Shown here piece by piece: positions 12,734 to 20,228 of a DNA stretch of 64,000 nucleotides. Under the pieces are notes generated by a model. That model had not been told where the DNA came from and ran no database searches. It was given only the letters and a program-made list of their open reading frames with translations. A program made the translations under genes and the position numbers. Source of the DNA: an uncultured Actinomycetota bacterium. GTDB taxonomy: Bacteria; Actinomycetota; Actinomycetes; Propionibacteriales; Propionibacteriaceae. Position 1 is the stretch's first letter. Every line of letters begins with the position of its first letter. The stretch covers positions 266,578 to 330,577 of the forward strand of contig CAWCOM010000010.1 of assembly GCA_963797165.1 (NCBI GenBank). The letters are read 5' to 3'.

Positions 12734-12799
12734 GTTCGCCCCACCAAGATGCTTTCGCCCCGGCTGCAGCCGGGGCGAACGCACCTTGATGGGGCAAAC
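12734..12799. repeat. Nested palindromic element, family B (CTGCAG-centred)
   Basis: 26-bp perfect palindrome TTCGCCCCGGCTGCAGCCGGGGCGAA (12754-12779) flanked by a 19-bp imperfect inverted repeat; related copy at 48613-48676. Confidence 0.75.
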
Positions 12800-12814
12800 G
12801 TGTTGATCGAGCGG

Positions 12815-13048
12815 TCAGGCGGCTTCCGTGCAGTCGGCTTTGGCCATGGCCGGGCGGACGGTGACCGGCTGTACGGCAACGGGCTGGGCGACCGGGTTCG
12901 GCATCGCTGTGCGAACGACGGGGGCTGCCTGCGCACTCTGCGCGGCGCGGACGGCCCGGGCGTTCAACCGACGCTGGGTCCTGGTGGTGCGCTCCTCGAC
13001 ATCGAGGCGCAGCCAGCCGTTCATGGTTCCCCAAGGCAGTGTGCTCAT
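12815..13048 (-). CDS. Small hypothetical protein (77 aa)
   Basis: Strong RBS AAGGAGG-N8-ATG; G/C-ending codons; convergent with clpB. Confidence 0.65.
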   Translation of the reverse strand: MSTLPWGTMNGWLRLDVEERTTRTQRRLNARAVRAAQSAQAAPVVRTAMPNPVAQPVAVQPVTVRPAMAKADCTEAA

Positions 13049-13162
13049 TGGGACTTCCTCCTTGTTAGTGGTCTCTAACATAGTAAGAGTGGACTAACAT
13101 AGAGCGCAAGCGGAAATGTATGATCTGTCTTACATCGGATCCCGACGAGGGGAGAGTGCGGC

Positions 13163-13774
13163 GTGGGATATCACCACGGTGACCTGCGGGCGGCGCTGAT
13201 CGACGCCGGCGCGGAGCTGATCGCCGAGGGCGGGCTGCCGGCACTGTCGGTGGCCGAGGCGGCGCGTCGGACGGGGGTCAGCGCAGCAGCACCCTACCGG
13301 CACTTCCCCAGCCGGCAGGACTTCCTCGTCGCTGTCGCGGCCCAGGCCGCGCACGATCTCGACGACGCGATGCGGTCGGCCGCGGATGCCGCAGACGCGG
13401 ACGGCACCCACCCGGTTGCGGGCATCGCCGCCGCAGCGAAGGCGTACGTCCACTTCGCGGCAACCCGACGGACCGGCTTCGATGTCGTGTACGCGACCGA
13501 GCTCCGCGGAGTGCATGACGACGAGCTGCGAGACGCCGGTCGTGCCGTCAGCGACACCATCCTGCTCCGCGCGTTGGTCGCGACCGGCGGCGATGCCCAG
13601 ACGGCCGTCGATGTCATCCCGCAGTTCATGGCGATCGTCCACGGCTGCGCCAGCCTCAACCAGGTCGGGCTGTTCAATGATCTCGACTCGGCGGCCGATG
13701 TCGCCTCGGACACAGTGTGCCGGCTCATCGCGGCGCGGGCCGCCGCCTCGGCCTCGGGCGCCGAGGGCTGCTAG
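13163..13774 (+). CDS. TetR/AcrR-family regulator
   Basis: YHHGDLRAALIDAG...LSVAEAARRTGVSAAAPYRHF. Confidence 0.92.
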   Translation: MGYHHGDLRAALIDAGAELIAEGGLPALSVAEAARRTGVSAAAPYRHFPSRQDFLVAVAAQAAHDLDDAMRSAADAADADGTHPVAGIAAAAKAYVHFAATRRTGFDVVYATELRGVHDDELRDAGRAVSDTILLRALVATGGDAQTAVDVIPQFMAIVHGCASLNQVGLFNDLDSAADVASDTVCRLIAARAAASASGAEGC

Positions 13775-14625
13775 AGCAGGAGACTCCGCTGGCCGAGCAT
13801 GCCGTCGTCCTCCGTCCGGGCACCGTTCTGATCCGCGACCCGGCACGATCGAACGCCTACACCCTGCGGATCGGTGGGACGGATCAGTCCTACGTCGACC
13901 TGGACGACCCGACCAATTTGGAGTTCGACTACGTCCAGCGGATTACCGACGTGATCGACGTGCTGGCGCCGCCGGGCGAGCGGATCCGGGTCGTACACGT
14001 CGGTGGCGCCGCGATGACCATCCCGCGCTACGTCGCCGCCACCCGACCGAGCTCGGCCCAGGTGGTGCTGGAGCCGGACACGGCGCTGACCGAGTGGGTT
14101 CGCGAGTGGTTGCCGCTGCCGAAGCAGAGCGGGATCAAGGTGCGGGCCGTCGACGGCCTGACCGGCATCGGCGCGCTCGCCGACGGGTACGCCGACCTCG
14201 TGATCGTCGACGCCTTTCTCGGCGCTCGGGTCCCGTCGGACCTGACTACGGCGGAGTTCTTCAGCGACGTCGCGCGGGTGGTCGCACCGCGCGGGATCGC
14301 GGTCGTCAACGTCACCGACCGCGGCCCGTTCCTGTACGGCCGCAGGGTCGCCGCGGGTCTGCTCGAAGCGTTTGCGCACCTGATGTGGTCGGCAGAACCG
14401 TCCACGCTGAAGGGTCGGAGATTCGGCAACGTCATCGTCGCGGCCTCCGCTCTGCCGCTGCCCGTGGCGGCGTACGCGCACCGCGCCGGGTCCGGACCAT
14501 ATCCCTACCGGGTCCTGCACGGCACTCGGATCGCCCAGCTGGTCGCCGGGGCACGGCCATTCGGTGGATCCGACGTCTCGCCCTCTCCCGATCCGCCGTT
14601 CGACTTCTTCCGCGGTCCGCAGTGA
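13717..14625 (+). CDS. Spermidine-synthase-like SAM-dependent methyltransferase; start uncertain
   Basis: QSYVDLDDPTNLEFDYVQR, VVHVGGAAMTIPRY, DLVIVDAF, RFGNVIV. Confidence 0.8.
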   Translation: MPAHRGAGRRLGLGRRGLLEQETPLAEHAVVLRPGTVLIRDPARSNAYTLRIGGTDQSYVDLDDPTNLEFDYVQRITDVIDVLAPPGERIRVVHVGGAAMTIPRYVAATRPSSAQVVLEPDTALTEWVREWLPLPKQSGIKVRAVDGLTGIGALADGYADLVIVDAFLGARVPSDLTTAEFFSDVARVVAPRGIAVVNVTDRGPFLYGRRVAAGLLEAFAHLMWSAEPSTLKGRRFGNVIVAASALPLPVAAYAHRAGSGPYPYRVLHGTRIAQLVAGARPFGGSDVSPSPDPPFDFFRGPQ

Positions 14626-14663
14626 TCAGCAGGCAGCGTCGGCCACTCCGTAGTCTGGAGCGC

Positions 14664-15281
14664 ATGGCCTATCAGCCGCAGTTCGTGCCGCCGAGTCAGC
14701 CGGTGCCGCCGTCCGCGCCCGGTTACTCGCCGCCGATCGGCGGTTACGCGCAGCCGCCGACGGGTTATCCGCCGATCTCGACCGGTTATCAACCGGGAAA
14801 CCCGACCGTTCCGCAACCGGCGACGTACGTCGTCCAGCCGCCCCAGCGGAGCCAGCGTCCTGCCGTGGTCGCCATGTCCGCGAGCATGACCGTGACGGCC
14901 TCGACGCTCTGGGTCTGCGCGCTGGCGCTGGGCTGGTTGCTGGCCGCGGCGCTCCAGGCTCGGCTTCAGGCCGACCAGGACTTCGACGGCCAGGTGCTGA
15001 TCATGCTCAACCGGTTCTCGGCCCGGCTGCTGGACGGACTGGCGATCCCGCTGTTCGGACTGCCGGTTGTCGCGTTCGTGGCCGCGTTCTTGCTGCTGTC
15101 GGGTCGGCGCTGGGCGCAGGTGTTCTACACCCTGCTCGGGGCCGCGACCGTCGGCTGGCTGGTCTGGTGGCTACACGCTCGCTGGGCGTGGGCGGCCGCG
15201 CCGATCGCGTACGTCGTGATCTCTGTCGCCATCCTGTGGACGCCTGCGGCCGTCCGGTGGTTCGGCCGCCGCCGCCCCTGA
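14664..15281 (+). CDS. Membrane protein with Pro/Tyr/Gln-rich N-terminus
   Basis: MAYQPQFVPP... followed by four hydrophobic segments; TAGTCT -10 box 7 nt before ATG. Confidence 0.75.
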   Translation: MAYQPQFVPPSQPVPPSAPGYSPPIGGYAQPPTGYPPISTGYQPGNPTVPQPATYVVQPPQRSQRPAVVAMSASMTVTASTLWVCALALGWLLAAALQARLQADQDFDGQVLIMLNRFSARLLDGLAIPLFGLPVVAFVAAFLLLSGRRWAQVFYTLLGAATVGWLVWWLHARWAWAAAPIAYVVISVAILWTPAAVRWFGRRRP

Positions 15282-15336
15282 CGTTCTGCGACGTCCCGGC
15301 ATCCCCGGTTGCCCGGTTCCCAGACCGGTCCCGTCT

Positions 15337-15403
15337 CCCGAAAAGCGGGCACGAACAACATGCTGAATCGATTCGACATTGTTGTTTGCGCCCACTTTTC
15401 GGG
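15337..15403. repeat. Extragenic palindrome, family A copy 1
   Basis: CCCGAAAAGCGGGCACGAACAACA...TGTTGTTTGCGCCCACTTTTCGGG; lies between convergent genes. Confidence 0.8.
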
Positions 15404-15418
15404 GGATGAAGGCACGGC

Positions 15419-16579
15419 TCAGGAGAGGCGACTCAGGCGGGCGAGTGCCTCGTCCAGTACGTCGTCCCGTTTGCAGAAGGCCCACCGGACGTACGGACGG
15501 CCGGCCTCGACGTCGTCGTAGAAGACCTGGTGCGGGATCGCCACCACGCCGCAGCGACGAGGCAGGTCGCGACAGAACTCGACGCCGTCGGCATAGCCCA
15601 GCGGGCGTACGTCGGTGGTCATGAAGTACGTCCCGCGCGGGATCGCCGGCTCCAGACCGATCCCGCGCAGTCCGTCGGCCAGCCGATCGCGACGCCGCTG
15701 CAGATCGACCCGCAACGACTCCACCCAGCCGTCTCCCTCGTCCAGCGCACGGGCGATCGCCGGTTGGAAGGGCGCCCCGGACACGTAGGTGAGGAACTGC
15801 TTGACGGCGGTGACCTCGTCGATCAGCTCGGGAGCGCCGAGCGCCCAGCCGATCTTCCACCCGGTGGCCGAGAACGTCTTGCCGGACGAGGAGATCCGGA
15901 TGGTTCTCTCCCGCATTCCGGGGAACGTTGCGAGCGGGACATGTCGGGCGTCGTCGAAGACCAGGTGCTCGTACACCTCGTCGCAGATCACCATCACGTC
16001 GTGCTCGACCGCCAGCCGGGCGACCTCGGCCAGTTGATCATGATCGAGTACCGTCCCGGTCGGGTTGTGCGGTGAGTTGATCAACAGCGCCTTGGTGCGC
16101 GGGGTGAACGCGGCGGCCAGCTCGTCGAGGTCGAGGGTGAAATCGGGCCCGAACAAGCCGACGCCCACCCGCCGGCCGCCGGCCAGATCGATCGAGGCGG
16201 CGTAGGAGTCGTAGAACGGCTCGAGCGCGATCACCTCGTCGCCAGGGTCGACGAACGCCAGGATCGCGCTGGACAACGCCTCCGTCGCGCCGGTGGTGAC
16301 CAGCACCTCGGTGTCGGCGTCGTACTGCAGGCCGTAGTGCCGGGCGGAGTGCGCAGCGATCGCCCGACGCAGCGGCGCGATCCCGCGTCCTGGTGGGTAT
16401 TGGTTGACTCCGGTCGCGATCGCCTCCCGAGCCGTCTCCAGCATGAACGCCGGCCCGTCGGTGTCGGGGAAACCCTGGCCGAGGTTCACCGAGCCGGTGG
16501 CCACCGCGAGCGCCGACATCTCGGCGAAGATCGTGGTCGTCGAGGACCTGATCCGCTCGGCTTTCCACTGCGACGCCAC
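15419..16579 (-). CDS. PLP-dependent aminotransferase, class I/II (DapC/YbdL-like)
   Basis: NLGQGFPD, INSPHNPTG, CDEVYEHL, SSGKTFSATGWKIGW. Confidence 0.93.
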   Translation of the reverse strand: MASQWKAERIRSSTTTIFAEMSALAVATGSVNLGQGFPDTDGPAFMLETAREAIATGVNQYPPGRGIAPLRRAIAAHSARHYGLQYDADTEVLVTTGATEALSSAILAFVDPGDEVIALEPFYDSYAASIDLAGGRRVGVGLFGPDFTLDLDELAAAFTPRTKALLINSPHNPTGTVLDHDQLAEVARLAVEHDVMVICDEVYEHLVFDDARHVPLATFPGMRERTIRISSSGKTFSATGWKIGWALGAPELIDEVTAVKQFLTYVSGAPFQPAIARALDEGDGWVESLRVDLQRRRDRLADGLRGIGLEPAIPRGTYFMTTDVRPLGYADGVEFCRDLPRRCGVVAIPHQVFYDDVEAGRPYVRWAFCKRDDVLDEALARLSRLS

Positions 16580-16588
16580 GCCTGCACT

Positions 16589-17138
16589 GTATCTTCCGGC
16601 TCGCGCACGCTCAGCCCCTGAGGATCCGATCTTCCCTCGTCGTGATCACGGCACCTGTCTGTGTGCGCCGTGCGGTTTCGACCCTCGAGTGCCGTGCTCA
16701 CTCCTCAGTCCAGATCGGATCGGGGGCTTCGCTGACGACGCTTGCCGGCGTATCTTCCGGCTCGCGCACGCTCAGCCCCTGAGGATCCGATCTTCCCTCG
16801 TCGTGATCACGGCACCTGTCTGTGTGCGCCGTGCGGTTTCGACCCTCGAGTGCCGTGCTCACTCCTCAGTCCAGATCGGATCGGGGGCTTCGCTGACGAC
16901 GCTTGCCGGCGTATCTTCCGGCTCGCGCACGCTCAGCCCCTGAGGATCCGATCTTCCCTCGTCGTGATCACGGCACCTGTCTGTGTGCGCCGTGCGGTTT
17001 CGACCCTCGAGTGCCGTGCTCACTCCTCAGTCCAGATCGGATCGGGGGCTTCGCTGACGACGCTTGCCGGCGTATCTTCCGGCTCGCGCACGCTCAGCCC
17101 CTGAGGATCCGATCTTCCCTCGTCGTGATCACGGCACC
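16589..17138. repeat. Perfect tandem array of a 161-bp hairpin-rich unit (3 full copies + 67-bp partial)
   Basis: Units start at 16589, 16750, 16911 and 17072 and read identical base by base; internal inverted repeats GATCCGATCT/AGATCGGATC and CACGGCAC/GTGCCGTG. Confidence 0.95.
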
Positions 17139-17183
17139 CGGCGCAGGTACTCGGCGTTATGTCCGGCGCGGCGAACCGTGCAA

Positions 17184-17459
17184 CTACCGCCGGACGCGCT
17201 GGTGGTAGATCACATCGCCGTACGATCCGTCGCCGCGCTCGAAGCGCTCGCTCCAGGGCGAGCACCTGCAGTCATGTGCCTTGTCCTCGACGTGGTCGAT
17301 GTCGTCGATCGGGACGGCGTGGACGAGTCGGCCGCCCTGGTAGATCCCGAACTGCCAGTGGAAGCGGCGGGCCTCGATCCGGCGACGGCGCATCTCGATC
17401 CCGAAGACGATCAAGAGCGTCACCAGCATGCCGGCGGCAAATGTGAACAACGCGACCAT
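17184..17459 (-). CDS. Small protein: N-terminal TM helix plus His/Cys-rich putative metal-binding domain
   Basis: GAGGAAG RBS; G/C-ending codons; HAVPIDDIDH...HDCRCSP...YH. Confidence 0.7.
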   Translation of the reverse strand: MVALFTFAAGMLVTLLIVFGIEMRRRRIEARRFHWQFGIYQGGRLVHAVPIDDIDHVEDKAHDCRCSPWSERFERGDGSYGDVIYHQRVRR

Positions 17460-17624
17460 CCCGCTTCCTCTTCTGCTCAGGACCCGGGGGGAAGAGACGA
17501 CCCGCTACTGCGCCCGTACGCGCTTCGACTTCGTCGACAACTGTCCTGCTTTGATGGTAGGTCCGCTGCGCAACGATTTTGTTACGCAGATTTGTTGCGC
17601 AGGCCTGCGTGCACAATGGGTGCG

Positions 17625-18332
17625 GTGAGCGCTCCGACCGTCGATCCGCCCCGCTCCGAGCGACGGCGGCGGCCGTCGGTTCTCGGCGTCATCGGCCTGC
17701 TCCTGCTGCTGGGCGGCCTCGGGTGTCTCGGCTGGGTCGCGTACCAGTACTTCGGCACCAATGTCGTGTCGCGACATGCGTTCGAGCAGGAGACCTCGGG
17801 GCTGCGTACGAAGTGGGAGTCCGAGCCGGCGGCGCCTCCGACGACCGGCCCGAAAAAGCTGCAGGACATCAAGACCACAGCCGTCCCCGGCGATGCGATC
17901 GCATTGCTGCGGATCCCGAAGTTCGGCGCCGCGTACGAGGTGCCGATCCTGGAAGGGACCGATCTGTCGATCCTCTCCCGCGGCGTGGGTCACTACCCGA
18001 CCAGCGCCCAACCCGGCCAGGTCGGCAACTTCGCGATCGCCGGCCATCGGGTCACCCACGGCCAGCCGTTCTCGCGTCTGCTGGAGCTGGACAAGGGCGA
18101 CCAGATCGTCGTCGAGACGCGCGCGGCGATCTACACGTACGTCCTCGACACCGCACCACGCGACCTGACCGTTGAGGACACCGCGAACTGGGTCCTGGAT
18201 CCCGTCCCGGGCCAGCCCGAGGCCACGCCGACCCAGGCCCTGATCACCCTGACCACCTGCCAGGACCTGTTCCACTCTCCGGACCGCTCGATCGGCTTCG
18301 GCCACCTGGCAAGCACGAAGAACAAGTCGTAG
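17625..18332 (+). CDS. Class E sortase
   Basis: N-terminal TM, LLRIPKFG, GVGHYP, GNFAIAGHRVT, LITLTTC (catalytic Cys), downstream Arg; CACAAT -10 box 7 nt before GTG. Confidence 0.93.
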   Translation: MSAPTVDPPRSERRRRPSVLGVIGLLLLLGGLGCLGWVAYQYFGTNVVSRHAFEQETSGLRTKWESEPAAPPTTGPKKLQDIKTTAVPGDAIALLRIPKFGAAYEVPILEGTDLSILSRGVGHYPTSAQPGQVGNFAIAGHRVTHGQPFSRLLELDKGDQIVVETRAAIYTYVLDTAPRDLTVEDTANWVLDPVPGQPEATPTQALITLTTCQDLFHSPDRSIGFGHLASTKNKS

Positions 18333-18364
18333 CCCGGCACCCCCACCGTTTAGGGTGGTGGCTC

Positions 18365-18940
18365 GTGAGCCTGACGCCTGAGACCGACGAGACTGCCGGC
18401 GACGACAAGTCCGCCCTGATCGACCGCATCCGGGAGCTCGCCGTCGTGTACGGCCGGGTGACCCTGTCCTCGGGCCGGGAGGCCGACTACTACGTCGACA
18501 TGCGGCGGGTGACGTTGGACGGTGTGGCTGCTCCCCTCGTCGGCCGGGTCATGCGCCAGGTCGTTGCCGACTGGGACTTCGATGCCGTCGGCGGTCTCAC
18601 CCTCGGCGCCGACCCGGTGGCCACCTCGATGCTGCACGCCGCGGCCGTTGCCGGCGAGCGGCTGGACGCGTTCGTGGTGCGCAAGGAGGCCAAGAAGCAC
18701 GGCATGCAGCGGCGGATCGAGGGCACTCCGGTAGAGGGTCGCAGGGTGCTTGTCGTCGAGGACACCACTACGACCGGCAACTCCCCGCTCGCCGCCGTCG
18801 AAGCGCTCCGCGAGGCCGGTGCCGAGGTGGTCGGTGTGGCGACGATCGTCGATCGAGACACCGGCGCGCAGCAGGTCATCGAGAACGCCGGGCTGCCGTA
18901 CCGCTTCGCCGTCAGCCTCGCCGATCTCGGGCTCGCCTGA
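18365..18940 (+). CDS. pyrE: Orotate phosphoribosyltransferase
   Basis: TLSSGREADYYVDMRR, FVVRKEAKKHGMQRRIEG, VLVVEDTTTTG. Confidence 0.96.
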   Translation: MSLTPETDETAGDDKSALIDRIRELAVVYGRVTLSSGREADYYVDMRRVTLDGVAAPLVGRVMRQVVADWDFDAVGGLTLGADPVATSMLHAAAVAGERLDAFVVRKEAKKHGMQRRIEGTPVEGRRVLVVEDTTTTGNSPLAAVEALREAGAEVVGVATIVDRDTGAQQVIENAGLPYRFAVSLADLGLA

Positions 18941-19065
18941 GAGGTCGGTCCCGGAGCGGTATGTGCCCTGGGATGTGCTGGCCCCGGACAGGTATCGGAA
19001 CGGGGGACCCATCCGTCTACTAGCCTGAGGGCGCACCATCCCGGTGCCGAGCTGAGGAGTCGTCG

Positions 19066-20025
19066 ATGGGTACTGCCATCGTTGTGATCATCATCATCGT
19101 GGTGATCGTCGCGATCATCGCGCTGGTCGCCATGAGCGCGTACAACGGGTTCGTCAAGTCCCGGAACCTGATCCAGGAGTCCTGGCGGCAGATCGATGTC
19201 GAGCTCAATCGGCGTTACGAGCTGATCCCGAACCTGATCGAGACCGTGCGTGCCTATGCCGCCCACGAACGCAACACGCTCGAGGACATCACCCGTCTCC
19301 GTGCCCAGGCGCAGCAGCTGTCGCAGGCCGAGGGGGCCCTGCCGAGTCAGCAGCGCGCCGATGTCGAGTCCGCGCTCTCCGGTGCCGTACGCAACCTGAT
19401 CGTGAGCGTCGAGGCCTACCCCGACCTGAAGAGCAACGTGAACTTCCTCGAGCTCCAGAAGCAGCTCGCCGAGACCGAGGACCGGATCGCCGCCGGCCGC
19501 AGGTTCTACAACGCCAACGTGCGGGTCTACAACACCAAGGTCGAGTCCGTGCCGACGAACATCATCGCGAACATGTTCCACTTCGAGAAGGCGACGTACT
19601 TCGAGGTCAACGACCCGACCGTCCGGCAGGCGCCGACCGTGAGCTTCGGTGAGATCGCCTACCGCGGCGACCAGCAGCAGGGCCTGCCGCAGCAGCCGTC
19701 GAACACCCCGATGCAGGCCGGCAGTCCGTCCGCCGATGCTCTGCCCGACCCGCAGCAGTACCAGCCCCAGCCGCAGCAGAACCACCCGCAGCAGAACCAG
19801 CCGCAGAACCAGGGTCCGTACACTCCACCGCAGAACAACCCGCAGAGCAACCAGGGCCAGGGCGGCTACTACACCCCGCAGCAGGGTGGTGGCTATTCCC
19901 CGCCGCAGCAGAGCGGCCAGGGCGGGTACCAGAGTCCGCAGCAGCAAGGCGGATATACCCCGCCGAGCGCCAACCCGCCACAACAGGGTGGCCAGGGCGG
20001 CTACCAGCCCCCGCAGACTCAATAG
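19066..20025 (+). CDS. lemA: LemA family protein with long Q/P/G/Y low-complexity C-terminal tail
   Basis: TM, YNGFVKSRN, IDVELNRRYELIPNL, EAYPDLK, EDRIAAGRRFYN. Confidence 0.92.
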   Translation: MGTAIVVIIIIVVIVAIIALVAMSAYNGFVKSRNLIQESWRQIDVELNRRYELIPNLIETVRAYAAHERNTLEDITRLRAQAQQLSQAEGALPSQQRADVESALSGAVRNLIVSVEAYPDLKSNVNFLELQKQLAETEDRIAAGRRFYNANVRVYNTKVESVPTNIIANMFHFEKATYFEVNDPTVRQAPTVSFGEIAYRGDQQQGLPQQPSNTPMQAGSPSADALPDPQQYQPQPQQNHPQQNQPQNQGPYTPPQNNPQSNQGQGGYYTPQQGGGYSPPQQSGQGGYQSPQQQGGYTPPSANPPQQGGQGGYQPPQTQ

Positions 20026-20060
20026 ACCAACCACGTGGATGGACCCAGAGGAGCGAGCGA

Positions 20061-20172
20061 GCGAAGACACGCTTCTCCGTCTTCGCGAGGAGCGACGACC
20101 GCATCTCGCGAGCGTCTGAAGCCGGCGCCCGGAGAGAGAGGATCGATGAGTGCGACACGCTTTTCGTCGCAC
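20061..20172. repeat. Pair of hairpins sharing an ACGCTT loop motif
   Basis: GCGAAGAC-ACGCTTCTCC-GTCTTCGC (20061-20086) and GTGCGAC-ACGCTTTTC-GTCGCAC (20150-20172). Confidence 0.6.
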
Positions 20173-20228
20173 GAAGAGTGACGATCGACTCGGTGAATGC
20201 GCCGGCGGCGCGAGCGTGATGCAATCAA

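Noticed and set aside
16589-17071. Array unit as a hammerhead ribozyme (minus strand has CTGAGGA-G...C-GAAA; plus strand has CTGAGGA)
   Set aside because: Stem II between CUGANGA and GAAA does not pair beyond the first G-C, and no stem III ending in a UH cleavage triplet could be built by hand. An Infernal search would settle it.
16589-17138. Tandem array as a CRISPR locus
   Set aside because: Repeats are 67 bp and the 94-bp spacers are identical, not unique; no cas genes in the window.
16404-18332. Cys-rich ORFs running through the array, and an apparent repeat-sortase fusion (17064-18332)
   Set aside because: A 161-bp period cycles frames, there is no codon bias, and the sortase has its own leaderless start at 17625.
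20019-20228. 69-aa ORF between lemA and xylB
   Set aside because: It overlaps hairpin/REP-like sequence and has no codon bias or motif.
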